Shown in pieces: positions 17,734 through 27,508 of a DNA stretch of 64,000 bases. Every line of letters starts with the position of its first letter. Position 1 is the first letter of the stretch. The translations under genes were made by a program, and so were the position numbers. The notes under the pieces were generated by a model, which was given only the letters and a program-made list of their open reading frames with translations, was not told the DNA's origin and ran no database searches. Source of the stretch: Spirochaetia bacterium (GTDB taxonomy: Bacteria > Spirochaetota > Spirochaetia > DSM-27196 > Salinispiraceae). The stretch lies in contig JBBRCZ010000005.1 in assembly GCA_038204425.1 (NCBI GenBank), positions 96,001 through 160,000 of the forward strand, written 5' to 3'.

Positions 17734-19239
17734 CTATTTGATCTTCTCAATCATATCAGCACATATTTTTCCCGAAAGAACCACCAGAGGCATTCCTCCG
17801 CCGGGATGCACGCTCCCACCACAAAAATACAAACCTTTGTAATCCCGACTTTGGTTAGGATGCCGCGCAAAGGCCGCCGTGCGAGAAATTGAGGAAGTTC
17901 CGTAGAGACTTCCTCGATAAGAACCAGTCTTACGCCAAATGTCGGCCGGAGTCAAACAGGCCTGCTGTTTAATCGCGTTTTGGAGGTCAAAATTTAGCTT
18001 TCGTGCAAGTTGTTCTTGTATCCACTGGCTCGTCTTGTGGGACTCGGTCTTCCAGTCTTGACCATTATCACAAGGAGCGTTAATCGAAACGAACCAGTTT
18101 TCGTGCCCAGGTGGCGCATCTGACAAATTGACTTTTGAACTAATGTTAACAAATACAGTTGGTTTGTCGGGGACTTGGCCGTCATCAAAAATTGCCTTAA
18201 ACTCGGCAGGATAGTCTTCGGAAAAAAAGACGTTATTGACTAACATTGACCTGTTGTTCTTATTTACGCCCCAATAATACACAAGACCCGAGGAAGAAAG
18301 CTGTCCCTCTTGGTGCTTTTTGTAGTCTCTACTTGTTTCATCTTCCAAGAGATTTCCGTAAGTGTTTCTCACATCGGTGTTACTTATCACCGCGTCAGCC
18401 TGATATACTTCACCTGCTACCTTAATTCCCTCGACCACGCTATCTTTTGTCAGAATTTTTTGAACTTCTTTACCAAAATGAAAACTCACACCCAGTTCTA
18501 TTGCAACTCGCATCAGAGCTTCGGAAATAGCATATATCCCGCCGTCGACACCATAACCACCACCATGCCACTCAATCGACGGAATAATCGCTAGTGTGGC
18601 GGGTGCCAAGTAGGGACTAGATCCATTGTAGCTAGCAAAACGATTAAAAAGCTGGACCGTTCGCGCATCGTTAAACCACGTGCGGTGGGCTTCATCCAAG
18701 CTACGAAAGGCATCGATGTGGCCAAGCTTAAACAAGTTCTTAAAGAACTCAGTGCTTAGATAACTGGAAGCCTTGTGCAAGCTCTGTTCAAGAAACAGTG
18801 TATGGGTAGTGCTCCATATATTTTTTGCATGTTTAAAATAAGAAATAACTTTACTTGGCTCTTCGCCCAATTTATCATGCAGTTCTTGAGCAAACTGATC
18901 AATGTCTGCAAATCCATCGACGACCGTGCCATCAGCAAAAAAATAGCGCGTGATAGGATCAAGTCTAATAAAATTTAGGTAGTCTTCTCGTCTGCGACCA
19001 ATTTCTTCAAACAATTGGTCAAAAACAAAGGGCATGGTTAGTAAGCTTGGTCCGGTATCAAATCGATAGGGGCCCAACCATTCAGAGCCCGCCTTACCAC
19101 CTGGATGGGACTCTTTTTCAAAGACTCTTACATCCCAGCCGCGATGCGCAAGCCTAATAGCTGCAGAAAGACCACCAAGTCCAGCGCCAATAATCAGCGC
19201 TCTTTTTTTTTGCTTTTGTTCTTTTGTGATCATGTCCAC
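17734..19239 (-). CDS. Phytoene desaturase family (CrtI/CrtD-like) FAD oxidoreductase
   Basis: IIGAGLGGL, RFDTGPSL, GSLYG, LYFCGGSVHPGGGMPLVVLSG. Confidence 0.92.
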   Translation of the reverse strand: MDMITKEQKQKKRALIIGAGLGGLSAAIRLAHRGWDVRVFEKESHPGGKAGSEWLGPYRFDTGPSLLTMPFVFDQLFEEIGRRREDYLNFIRLDPITRYFFADGTVVDGFADIDQFAQELHDKLGEEPSKVISYFKHAKNIWSTTHTLFLEQSLHKASSYLSTEFFKNLFKLGHIDAFRSLDEAHRTWFNDARTVQLFNRFASYNGSSPYLAPATLAIIPSIEWHGGGYGVDGGIYAISEALMRVAIELGVSFHFGKEVQKILTKDSVVEGIKVAGEVYQADAVISNTDVRNTYGNLLEDETSRDYKKHQEGQLSSSGLVYYWGVNKNNRSMLVNNVFFSEDYPAEFKAIFDDGQVPDKPTVFVNISSKVNLSDAPPGHENWFVSINAPCDNGQDWKTESHKTSQWIQEQLARKLNFDLQNAIKQQACLTPADIWRKTGSYRGSLYGTSSISRTAAFARHPNQSRDYKGLYFCGGSVHPGGGMPLVVLSGKICADMIEKIK

Positions 19240-19267
19240 AAACCTTTTTTGGCCGTCTATTCTTTCG

Positions 19268-20521
19268 CTAATTTTGCTTTTTTTTCAGTACATTCTTAAG
19301 CAGGTTCAAGTGTTGATTTGACCCTAATATTTCTGAAGGATTTTCCATAGTATGTGGATGCTCACTTTTTTCAAAAAACCCAAATTCCTTTTTAATTGTT
19401 AGGATTCTACGTACAGCATCGTTAACCAGCGATTGGCTTAAGCGTCCATCTTCTAGTGCCAATTGTAGTTCTTTGAGTACGACCAGTGGCCTCGCTGGCC
19501 CTAAGAGCATATCACATCCCGCTTGCAAACTTGCAACCGCGGCCTCTTGGGCACTTGTTAGACCAAGAATGCCATGCATATCCAGAGCATCAGTAATGAC
19601 AAGTCCACCAAAACCCATCTGCACTCTCAGCAAATCTTTAAGGATTATTTTAGACATGCTAGAAGGAAGATTGCTTGGATCCAAGAGAGGATAAGAAACA
19701 TGTGCCGTCATGATACCCGCTGCGCCGGCCTCAAAGGCACTTGCAAAAGGTTTAAGGTCAGTTTTGTTTAACTCGACGAGACCAACCTTGACACTCTGAA
19801 TGCCAAAGTGACTATCACCAGCCGACCTTCCATGTCCCGGAAAGTGCTTTACTATTGGAACTATCTTCTGGGCCTTTAACGCGGCCACTGCGACTGCAAC
19901 CATCTTTGCATTTTGGTCTATATCGTCTGAAAATGCCCGGTCGCCAATAATATCTGAGCTGGTCATACCGCCTAGATCAGCAACCGGCGCAAAGTTCATG
20001 TTGATTCCAAGTGCGCCAAGTTCGTTTGCAATTATAGTATAAGCTTGGCTGACCGCTTCCGGCCCTGATTGCCCAAGCCGCCTTGCAGAAGGTATAGGGC
20101 TGGCGTGCATTGTAGCCGACCTTTGCAATCGACTTACTCTTCCACCTTCTTCGTCTACCGCAATAAACGGCGGAATGGTCAAAAGCTCCTTTATTTCTGC
20201 AACTAAGTTTAGCGTTTGTTGGGGATCTACCATGTTTTCTGCATACAAGACCACACCACCGGGTTGCAGTTGACGAAGAAATTGACGCTCTTGTTCTCCC
20301 AGTCTGGTGATTGACTTGCCGTTTTGTTTCCAACGAATGTATACAATCAGCAACTGACCAAGCTGAGCATCGATTTCCAAATTTGAAACCATGGATTCAA
20401 TTTGTGCTTTTTGTTCTTCTTGTCCCTTTAAATGCAGACGGGCAGTCTGATCGTTGTTACAAGACAACAACAGCAACATCACCATTAAAATTAAAACTAG
20501 TATTCTGTTAAATTGGAACAT
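19268..20521 (-). CDS. nagZ: GH3 beta-N-acetylglucosaminidase (NagZ-like) lipoprotein
   Basis: DEEGGRVSR, KHFPGHGxxxxDSH dyad, ITDALDM nucleophile; signal peptide with LLLSC lipobox from ATG 20521. Confidence 0.88.
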   Translation of the reverse strand: MFQFNRILVLILMVMLLLLSCNNDQTARLHLKGQEEQKAQIESMVSNLEIDAQLGQLLIVYIRWKQNGKSITRLGEQERQFLRQLQPGGVVLYAENMVDPQQTLNLVAEIKELLTIPPFIAVDEEGGRVSRLQRSATMHASPIPSARRLGQSGPEAVSQAYTIIANELGALGINMNFAPVADLGGMTSSDIIGDRAFSDDIDQNAKMVAVAVAALKAQKIVPIVKHFPGHGRSAGDSHFGIQSVKVGLVELNKTDLKPFASAFEAGAAGIMTAHVSYPLLDPSNLPSSMSKIILKDLLRVQMGFGGLVITDALDMHGILGLTSAQEAAVASLQAGCDMLLGPARPLVVLKELQLALEDGRLSQSLVNDAVRRILTIKKEFGFFEKSEHPHTMENPSEILGSNQHLNLLKNVLKKKQN

Positions 20522-20755
20522 TTGATTTACCAAAACATGTCCATGTGCTTTTGGGCAAGTACCCACGCTGCCTTTGAGCTCTCATCTTCGCCAAGAAATT
20601 GAACTCAAAGGCCTTCCGTAGACGAAAATATATACTATGCTGTATATTTTTTTATACACTTTAGCACCGAAGCACTTTCTTCACCAAACTCTCAGAATTC
20701 ACTAACTATATATATTACAGTATTTTAAGATTTAAATTAGTGTTCGACCAAGTAC

Positions 20756-20772
20756 TTGGCACAGTTCGTGCA
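20756..20772 (+). promoter_or_regulatory. Candidate sigma54 (-24/-12) promoter
   Basis: TTGGCACAGTTCGTGCA with GG-N10-GC spacing. Confidence 0.5.
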
Positions 20773-20786
20773 ATTATAGTACTACA

Positions 20787-21422
20787 ATGGCTGAATTACC
20801 GATTGCAAGCAGAAACTTAGGCACTTTACGACCAAACATAAGGTCAGAACTTAAACATGAAATTTTACGCAAAACTCTTCATGTCCTGATTGGCTTTACA
20901 CCGCTCTTAGTTCAAGTAATCGGTCAAGTCTATACTATTTCGCTGCTTGGAACTGGAATTCTGTTTTACACCTTGTCCGAGTACTTTAGAATCATTGGCA
21001 TTAGAATTCCCCTCATTAGTAAACTAACAGAGCTTTCTATGAGAGACCGAGATCGCAACAAGTTTGTCTTGGGTCCGGTCACACTTGGTCTGGGTGCGAT
21101 GTTAGCACTGCTTTTGTATCCAGATCCCGCAGCCTCGGCGGCAATCTACGCTTTAGCTTTTGGAGACGGGCTTTCTAGCCTTGCCGGCAAGGCCTTTGGA
21201 ACCGTCAAAATTCCTGGCACTGGTGGCAAGTCTGTAGAAGGTAGTATTACATGCTTTATCGCTGTTCTTTTCTCGATACTCTTTCTGGTACCAAGTATAG
21301 ATCCTTTTAAGGCAAGTTTAATTGCATTGGTTGCTACCGCTTTAGAAGCCTTGCCTAGCAAAGATTTTGACAATCTTATTTTACCAGTTGGCACTGGCTT
21401 GCTAACAATGCTTTTGACTTAG
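20787..21422 (+). CDS. CTP-dependent polyprenol/phytol/diacylglycerol kinase family (SEC59/DGK1/VTE5-like)
   Basis: EILRKTLH, LAFGDGLSSLAG, KSVEGS, DNLILP. Confidence 0.88.
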   Translation: MAELPIASRNLGTLRPNIRSELKHEILRKTLHVLIGFTPLLVQVIGQVYTISLLGTGILFYTLSEYFRIIGIRIPLISKLTELSMRDRDRNKFVLGPVTLGLGAMLALLLYPDPAASAAIYALAFGDGLSSLAGKAFGTVKIPGTGGKSVEGSITCFIAVLFSILFLVPSIDPFKASLIALVATALEALPSKDFDNLILPVGTGLLTMLLT

Positions 21423-21433
21423 TATTCTGGAAA

Positions 21434-22264
21434 CTAGTACCACATAAAGCTGGACATAAACCTGCGCGTTAACCAAACCATACTAACGGTTAGGCAGGTC
21501 CACGCCAAACTAAGTACCAGCCAATCGGTGGAGGCATACGCTAACTCATAGCCACCCAAGAGCAGTACAATTGGTACCAAAGTTACATAGTCGTTGATAT
21601 CTCGTGAACTTAGTGCGCTCTTTAGAAAATTCACAATACTTAGGATTCCGGCAATTATACGAAAGCTGTCCGTGTTGAGAGCGCCAGAAACCGAGTACAG
21701 CAAGGTTTGGTTTAGCCTAGTTACATCAAGCGGCAATAAGTAGGCTACTGCGAGAGAGATGATACTTATGCTGGCAAGTAGGTAACCTTGGTTCTTGATC
21801 TTGATTCCCGACGCATAGAGACTTGCACTGAGAATAGATAGTGACCCAAATACTCGAGCGGCCATTTCAAGTCTGGATAGGGCCATCCTTGTGCCAATAC
21901 TCTCGTGACTAACGATAGCATAAATGTTAATAATTCTGATGATTTCAAAACCCATTGATAGCCAAAAGAGCACCAAAAAAAACAACTGTGGAGAAATTAC
22001 TCTTCTAAAGTCTCTTAAAAAAATAAAACAGGCGATCCATGCCAATACTACAGAGGCTCCCGCGTTGGTTACATTTATGATGAGCACAGATGGTTCAATA
22101 GACCATTCTAAGTCAAGATACTGCCCCATTGCCTTTGAGTACTCAGATCCAAGATTGGCGTTTGCAAAGTCAACAGAAAGAACTAGAAATACGAATCCGG
22201 CTATGGCGAGGCAAAGCAGAACAAAAAATACTAAAATGATGATGTTGCGAGCTTTGAGAGTCAT
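21434..22264 (-). CDS. Hypothetical polytopic membrane protein
   Basis: About 8 hydrophobic segments. Start set at ATG 22264, 7 nt after TGtTATACT. Confidence 0.75.
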   Translation of the reverse strand: MTLKARNIIILVFFVLLCLAIAGFVFLVLSVDFANANLGSEYSKAMGQYLDLEWSIEPSVLIINVTNAGASVVLAWIACFIFLRDFRRVISPQLFFLVLFWLSMGFEIIRIINIYAIVSHESIGTRMALSRLEMAARVFGSLSILSASLYASGIKIKNQGYLLASISIISLAVAYLLPLDVTRLNQTLLYSVSGALNTDSFRIIAGILSIVNFLKSALSSRDINDYVTLVPIVLLLGGYELAYASTDWLVLSLAWTCLTVSMVWLTRRFMSSFMWY

Positions 22265-22368
22265 GCCAACAAGTATAACAGATTGCAAGCAGAAAAATAA
22301 ACATTCTGCTTAAGACGAAAACCCTCAAGAAATTCCGCAACTGATCGATAAAGATTAAGGAGGCACGT

Positions 22369-23061
22369 ATGAAATCCCGTTTTTTTCTATCCATCATCAT
22401 CTTTTGTGCCGTTTGTGTAACAGTCACGGCAGGTGAAATCAGCACCTTTGTCAACCTCGGCTTCTCAAGCGACTCCACAAAGTTTATGTTTGGGATTCAT
22501 AGCTTGTCAGATAAGAATGCATACCCTAAAGCAGAAGCCTATATTGTCGATGTGATTAGTAACCGCTTCATAAACAAGGGACGAGAGTCGTTTACCGCTA
22601 CTCGACCTGCAAATCTCGGCCAAGATGGATTGGGTGCCCTATTTACCGTAACTGGCCGCTTGCAGAATGTCATTCAAACGTCGGGTATCGATCACGGAAG
22701 CTCGGGGCGCTTGGTGTACATACTGCTCAATGGCGACTTGCCTAAATCTAACATTGCTTTCAGAGACTTCAACACAGGCAATGCATTTAGTGTTGAACTG
22801 GCCCAATCAACTAGAAAAGTCCAAGCAAGCAATGAATCGGAGTTCTCTCTCAAAGTGATAGTCACGAGCGCAAGCAGCCAAGTCAAGACGTTTAACATCG
22901 GTAGACCTGGGTTTTACCGGAGCAACGTAGACCGCTACAAAGTTAGACAGATTGTTTTAAGCCCCGACGAAAGAAGTTTGGTTTTTGTTATCGAGAAAGA
23001 GTTAGACTCGGCAAACGGTCACAGTTCTCATTACATGGTAGAGACCGTAAGGGTATTTTAG
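22369..23061 (+). CDS. Secreted protein, DUF2259-like
   Basis: Signal peptide, FVNLGFSSDSTKFMFG, LSPDERSLVFVIEK; strong AAGGAGG SD. Confidence 0.75.
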   Translation: MKSRFFLSIIIFCAVCVTVTAGEISTFVNLGFSSDSTKFMFGIHSLSDKNAYPKAEAYIVDVISNRFINKGRESFTATRPANLGQDGLGALFTVTGRLQNVIQTSGIDHGSSGRLVYILLNGDLPKSNIAFRDFNTGNAFSVELAQSTRKVQASNESEFSLKVIVTSASSQVKTFNIGRPGFYRSNVDRYKVRQIVLSPDERSLVFVIEKELDSANGHSSHYMVETVRVF

Positions 23062-23075
23062 CTTAGTAAATCACC

Positions 23076-23160
23076 CGGGCGCAAAGGGAAGCCGAATGTA
23101 AATACGATTGACCTTCTACTAGACGGCGCTCTACAATCGGGCGCAAAAGGAAGTCGTATG
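23076..23160 (+). repeat. 23-bp imperfect direct repeat flanking the proS promoter
   Basis: CGGGCGCAAAGGGAAGCCGAATG (23076-23098) versus CGGGCGCAAAAGGAAGTCGTATG (23138-23160), 20/23 identical; TTGACC-N18-TACAAT lies between them. Confidence 0.8.
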
Positions 23161-24612
23161 GCAGAGAAAATTACCCCCCGTTCACAAAACTATTCAGATT
23201 GGTATGTAGACCTGATTACTCAAGCAAAACTGGCCGACTACGGTCCTGTTAAGGGCTGCATGGTAATTAGACCACGTGGCTATGCGATTTGGGAGCAAAT
23301 CCAATCCAATCTTGATCGCATGTTTAAGGAAACGGGACATCAAAACGCCTATTTTCCGCTACTAATACCCGAGTCATTTATCACCAAAGAAAAGGAGCAC
23401 GTTGAGGGTTTTGCACCTGAACTAGCAGTAGTTACCCATGCAGGAGGAGAAAAACTAGAAGAGCCTTTGGTGATTAGACCTACTTCTGAGACTATAATTT
23501 GGTCAATGTACAAAAATTGGATCCAATCTTACCGCGATCTTCCTTTGCTCATTAACCAATGGGCCAACGTTCTTCGCTGGGAAAAGAGAACCAGACTTTT
23601 TCTGCGTACCACCGAGTTTCTTTGGCAAGAGGGCCATACTGCCCATGCTAGTGAGGCCGAAGCCCTCGAAGAAACTCAAAAGATGCTCGAAGTCTATCGT
23701 CAATTTTCTGAAGAATTTCTTGCAATCCCGGTTCTAACTGGAGTCAAGTCCGAGTCAGAGAAATTTGCCGGTGCTGTTGCGACCTACGCCATAGAAGCCA
23801 TGATGCAGGACAAAAAAGCGCTCCAAGCAGGTACAAGTCACTATCTTGGACAGAACTTTGCCAAAGCGTTTGATGTACAGTTTCAGAACAAAGAGGGCAA
23901 ACTCGAGTACGTATATGCGACCAGCTGGGGAGTTTCAACTCGCTTAATTGGTGCGCTCATCATGGCTCATTCTGACGACAGTGGTTTGGTACTTCCACCG
24001 CGAATTGCCCCAACCAAAGTCGCTATTGTTCCTATTTTTAAGACGGCCACCAAAGAACTCGTGCTTGAGTTTGCCGCCAAGCTGCAAAAGTCAATCGCCA
24101 ATATTATTGGTACTGGTGCACGCACTGTTGTGTTGGACGACGACGATACTACAAGTCCAGGATGGAAATTTGCCGAGTGGGAGCTTCAAGGCGTCCCCGT
24201 TAGGGTAGAAGTTGGACCAAGAGATATAGAAGCGGGCAAAGCGACTTTGTTTAGACGCGACACTCGTCAAAAGTTTGAAGTCGACCTTGGCGAGATAGAA
24301 TTGCGCATTCAGGCCCTATTGACCGAGATTCAAGACAACCTATTTACCCGTGCACTTAGTTTTAGGCAAGAAAATACTCATAGTGCTGAAACTTATGCTG
24401 AGTTTGTGGCACTATTGTCTGATGAGGGCAAGGGCGGCTTTGTTAAAGCCGCATGGTCTGGTGATGCAGCAATAGAAAAGAAGGTCAAAGAAGAAACCAA
24501 AGCCACCATAAGAGTTCTTCCCTTTGGCAATGAACTTGAAGCAGCTGGAAAGACCTGTATTTTTACTGGCAAGGCAGCAAAGTATATGGCTATCTTTGCT
24601 CGTTCTTATTAA
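23158..24612 (+). CDS. proS: Proline--tRNA ligase (eukaryote/archaea-like type)
   Basis: [39 protein letters not shown], terminal FARSY. Confidence 0.98.
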   Translation: MAEKITPRSQNYSDWYVDLITQAKLADYGPVKGCMVIRPRGYAIWEQIQSNLDRMFKETGHQNAYFPLLIPESFITKEKEHVEGFAPELAVVTHAGGEKLEEPLVIRPTSETIIWSMYKNWIQSYRDLPLLINQWANVLRWEKRTRLFLRTTEFLWQEGHTAHASEAEALEETQKMLEVYRQFSEEFLAIPVLTGVKSESEKFAGAVATYAIEAMMQDKKALQAGTSHYLGQNFAKAFDVQFQNKEGKLEYVYATSWGVSTRLIGALIMAHSDDSGLVLPPRIAPTKVAIVPIFKTATKELVLEFAAKLQKSIANIIGTGARTVVLDDDDTTSPGWKFAEWELQGVPVRVEVGPRDIEAGKATLFRRDTRQKFEVDLGEIELRIQALLTEIQDNLFTRALSFRQENTHSAETYAEFVALLSDEGKGGFVKAAWSGDAAIEKKVKEETKATIRVLPFGNELEAAGKTCIFTGKAAKYMAIFARSY

Positions 24613-24639
24613 TAGTTTAAGGAAGATTTGGAGGTCGCG

Positions 24640-25356
24640 ATGAAGACATATAGAATGGCGTTGCTCGTGCTCGTGCTGTTTTCTTTTTTCGGCCAACAAA
24701 TCATTGCTCAAGAACTTAGCTCATCAGAGCGCTTTGCACTTTTCATTTCTTATTCACCGCTACACTGGCTTGGTCAGGGTTATCCAACTACGCCAGATGC
24801 AGAACATCCCAATACCGATGGCATTAGGGCAAGCGGCCTGCGATCGATTGCGGGATTTGGGGTTGCAATTCCTTTGGCACGCGCCCTCACTTTACACCCA
24901 GCGATAGAGTTAACCTTTGACGAGTATGTCTTTAAGCCAAGCATTGGCAAAGCGTTTCCCACTTTCAAAAGTACGGGGAGTCAGGTAGAGCAAAACGCCG
25001 CCGTTGCAAGTGTAATGGGTTTGTTTTTTCAAGTACCATTAAATTTTGTTTTTGTACTCAATGAGTCAATCAATTTAGAACTTGGTCCAGGTCTCAACTT
25101 CTATTTCCTCATTCCAACTCAAGCTCTAGATGGATCTGAGAATATTGAACGTATTGGCGACTATCTCAACAAAGATCTGCGCTGGTTTTACCCCTCAGTT
25201 CATACAAGCGTTAGTTTTGACTTAGACACTTTGATTCAAGGCGCGTTCAGAATTAGGGCATTTCTGCCTTTATGGCAAGCTTGGTCAGGTGACGGCCTTC
25301 CGTTCTATGACCACTTAATGTTGGATCTTTCTTTTTTAGTGCGCTTCAAACTTTAG
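24640..25356 (+). CDS. Putative outer-membrane beta-barrel protein
   Basis: Signal peptide, alternating amphipathic strands, C-terminal LSFLVRFKL; GGAGG SD. Confidence 0.6.
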   Translation: MKTYRMALLVLVLFSFFGQQIIAQELSSSERFALFISYSPLHWLGQGYPTTPDAEHPNTDGIRASGLRSIAGFGVAIPLARALTLHPAIELTFDEYVFKPSIGKAFPTFKSTGSQVEQNAAVASVMGLFFQVPLNFVFVLNESINLELGPGLNFYFLIPTQALDGSENIERIGDYLNKDLRWFYPSVHTSVSFDLDTLIQGAFRIRAFLPLWQAWSGDGLPFYDHLMLDLSFLVRFKL

Positions 25357-26606
25357 TTTAACATAAACTCATCGCGGAAACGATCAGTATGATCAACATT
25401 GACATCACCATCTTTCTCTGGTAGTGCACTCAAGAAACTGGTAACAAATACTTGTGTAGCTACGTCCAAAAAGGCAGCCAATGAGATCAAAAGCGGCGCT
25501 ACTGGCTGTAGAATGAGATAGCGTTCTCCCTGCCCAAACCAAGCACTTAGAAGCGAGATGCTCACCATAACTCCAGCACCGGGAACGCTTCCCATCATAA
25601 AGCTCACCATGGCGCTGGTAACGACCACACCAATAAAAAGCAAAAATGAGATTTCGGTGCCGGCATGTGACCGAACAATAAGAATGAATGCGATGGTACT
25701 AATCATTGCTGTACCGGCTCGACCAAGAATGCTTGCAAAGGGGTAAAACCACTGCCATGAACGTCTCGACAAAGCGTATTCGTCCTTGGCGTTTTGAATT
25801 AATATACCAAGCGAGACAAACTGACTACCAGAAAAAAATCCTACCAGACCCGAGCCAAGGAAGTGTTTTAACCATACATAAGGTCTTTTTACTTTGGCAA
25901 CCGTATACATTAAAAATGGGAAAACACCAGCTAACAAAATCGTCACCAAAATCAAGATGACTGCTAACAATTGTAAGAAGAAGCCGGGAGCCGGTATCTG
26001 GCGAATCATGACAACACGTGCCGATGCGACAAAAATAAGACCAAACATTAGCACGTTAACTATACCGGTGTTTATTGTTTGTAGGATTCGTGACATAGAA
26101 TCGAAGAGGTCCAAAGTCGGTTTGATGCCTGTTTTTTGTTTGTGCATTCCATAACCAAGCACGATGCCCAAGGCCAGTGCTGCTATAAGAAAGGAAGAAG
26201 GACCTGCAAGATTTTTGAGTACGTTCTCGCCAAAAATCGTTTTTACGAAAGTAAAAAAGTTGGGTGGATCAAGGGCCAACGACTCTTCATTCATGATTGG
26301 AATTCGATCGGGTGAAAAGAGAACAACCCCGAGCCCGCCAAGTAATGACATGGCAAAGGCAGTTACTAAAACCAAAGCTAAACCTCTAAAAACAAAGGAG
26401 AACCCGCCCTTTTCTTGTTTTAGCTCATAGGTGTTGGTAACTGTTTGGCACAAGACGAGTGGTATCAAAAGCCAAGTGCCAAGGCTGACAATGACTTCGC
26501 TAAAAGCGCCGAGAATTTTTAAGGTATCGCCACCCCCGAGTGGCAACACTACACCGGTCACAATGCCAATTGATGAAAAAATAATCGCCTTGACCCAAAG
26601 TTTCAT
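25353..26606 (-). CDS. Dicarboxylate/amino acid:cation symporter (DAACS) family, divergent
   Basis: MKLWVK start, many TM segments, GFFSGS, PFASILGRAGTA, GSVPGAG. Confidence 0.8.
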   Translation of the reverse strand: MKLWVKAIIFSSIGIVTGVVLPLGGGDTLKILGAFSEVIVSLGTWLLIPLVLCQTVTNTYELKQEKGGFSFVFRGLALVLVTAFAMSLLGGLGVVLFSPDRIPIMNEESLALDPPNFFTFVKTIFGENVLKNLAGPSSFLIAALALGIVLGYGMHKQKTGIKPTLDLFDSMSRILQTINTGIVNVLMFGLIFVASARVVMIRQIPAPGFFLQLLAVILILVTILLAGVFPFLMYTVAKVKRPYVWLKHFLGSGLVGFFSGSQFVSLGILIQNAKDEYALSRRSWQWFYPFASILGRAGTAMISTIAFILIVRSHAGTEISFLLFIGVVVTSAMVSFMMGSVPGAGVMVSISLLSAWFGQGERYLILQPVAPLLISLAAFLDVATQVFVTSFLSALPEKDGDVNVDHTDRFRDEFMLN

Positions 26607-26628
26607 GCTTAACCCTTTTTTAGTTTCA

Positions 26629-27285
26629 CTAACGACCGATGCCAAATATTCCGGACTTTCCGGTAAACTTGTGCCACTTGCCTCGGCTACGGGCGTTGTT
26701 TTCGTCAATGGTTTGAAGAACGAACTCCGCTATCTGCCTGTTTTGGTTCAATTTGGTTGAAATTCCCCGGATAGTAAACTCATCTTGTTCGTATTGCAAA
26801 AACATAGACTCTGCGAGTTTTTCAAAGGCACCGTCGAGAATTGCTTCCATAGGTGAGAGAATATCAGGACCGGTATTGTGGGACAAAAAGGTGATACTGC
26901 CTTTTCTTCTTGCCGAAAAATGTTGCACAAGTTCTTTCAGTAAAAAAATATAACCCTTGCAGTCGTAGTCGAGTCGTTCTTCTATGTCACCAGAAGAAAG
27001 GTCATGGACGGGCGTCTTGAGGTTGCGCGGTGTATGAATGATTATGGCGTGATCTATATCCAAATCTTGATTTGCAGCTTGCAACATCACAAATCGAGCT
27101 GATATCGGAGACCGGCGATTCCACTCGACATACTTGAGACCATCTTCTAAGCCAACCGGAATGGGCGCAAGTTCTGTGCCAGGGTCATTGGTGAGTAAGA
27201 CCTTTCTTTTTTGAGAAAGAGCTTCGTGGGCTAGATCAGTGTTAAGTTTTGAAGGGTTGCCAGCGATTAAAATGGTCGTTTCCAT
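26629..27285 (-). CDS. Hypothetical protein with degenerate SDR/Rossmann-like fold
   Basis: TTILIAG beta1, DIDHAIII, KGSITFL pattern; no canonical GxxxGxG or YxxxK. Confidence 0.65.
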   Translation of the reverse strand: METTILIAGNPSKLNTDLAHEALSQKRKVLLTNDPGTELAPIPVGLEDGLKYVEWNRRSPISARFVMLQAANQDLDIDHAIIIHTPRNLKTPVHDLSSGDIEERLDYDCKGYIFLLKELVQHFSARRKGSITFLSHNTGPDILSPMEAILDGAFEKLAESMFLQYEQDEFTIRGISTKLNQNRQIAEFVLQTIDENNARSRGKWHKFTGKSGIFGIGR

Positions 27286-27508
27286 GGTAGTGAGAGTCTA
27301 TAGGTGCAGGCTAGGTACGGTCAAGGATTTTGCAGATATAAAGCCAGTTAGCCGATCCTTGTTGTGGCAATAACGTAGATTTTTGGATCTCTATTGTAAA
27401 AAAGCCAGACTTGGTATAAAACTGCACATCCGATAAGAGCATTAGGTTTCTTGCTTCCACGCTTGCGATTACAAGACAAGCGACGTACTATTAAGACAGA
27501 CGGAAAAA

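Noticed and set aside
22325..22351. Possible sigma28 promoter TCAA-N15-ATCGATAA before the DUF2259-like gene
   Set aside because: Both boxes are mismatched and there is no supporting context.
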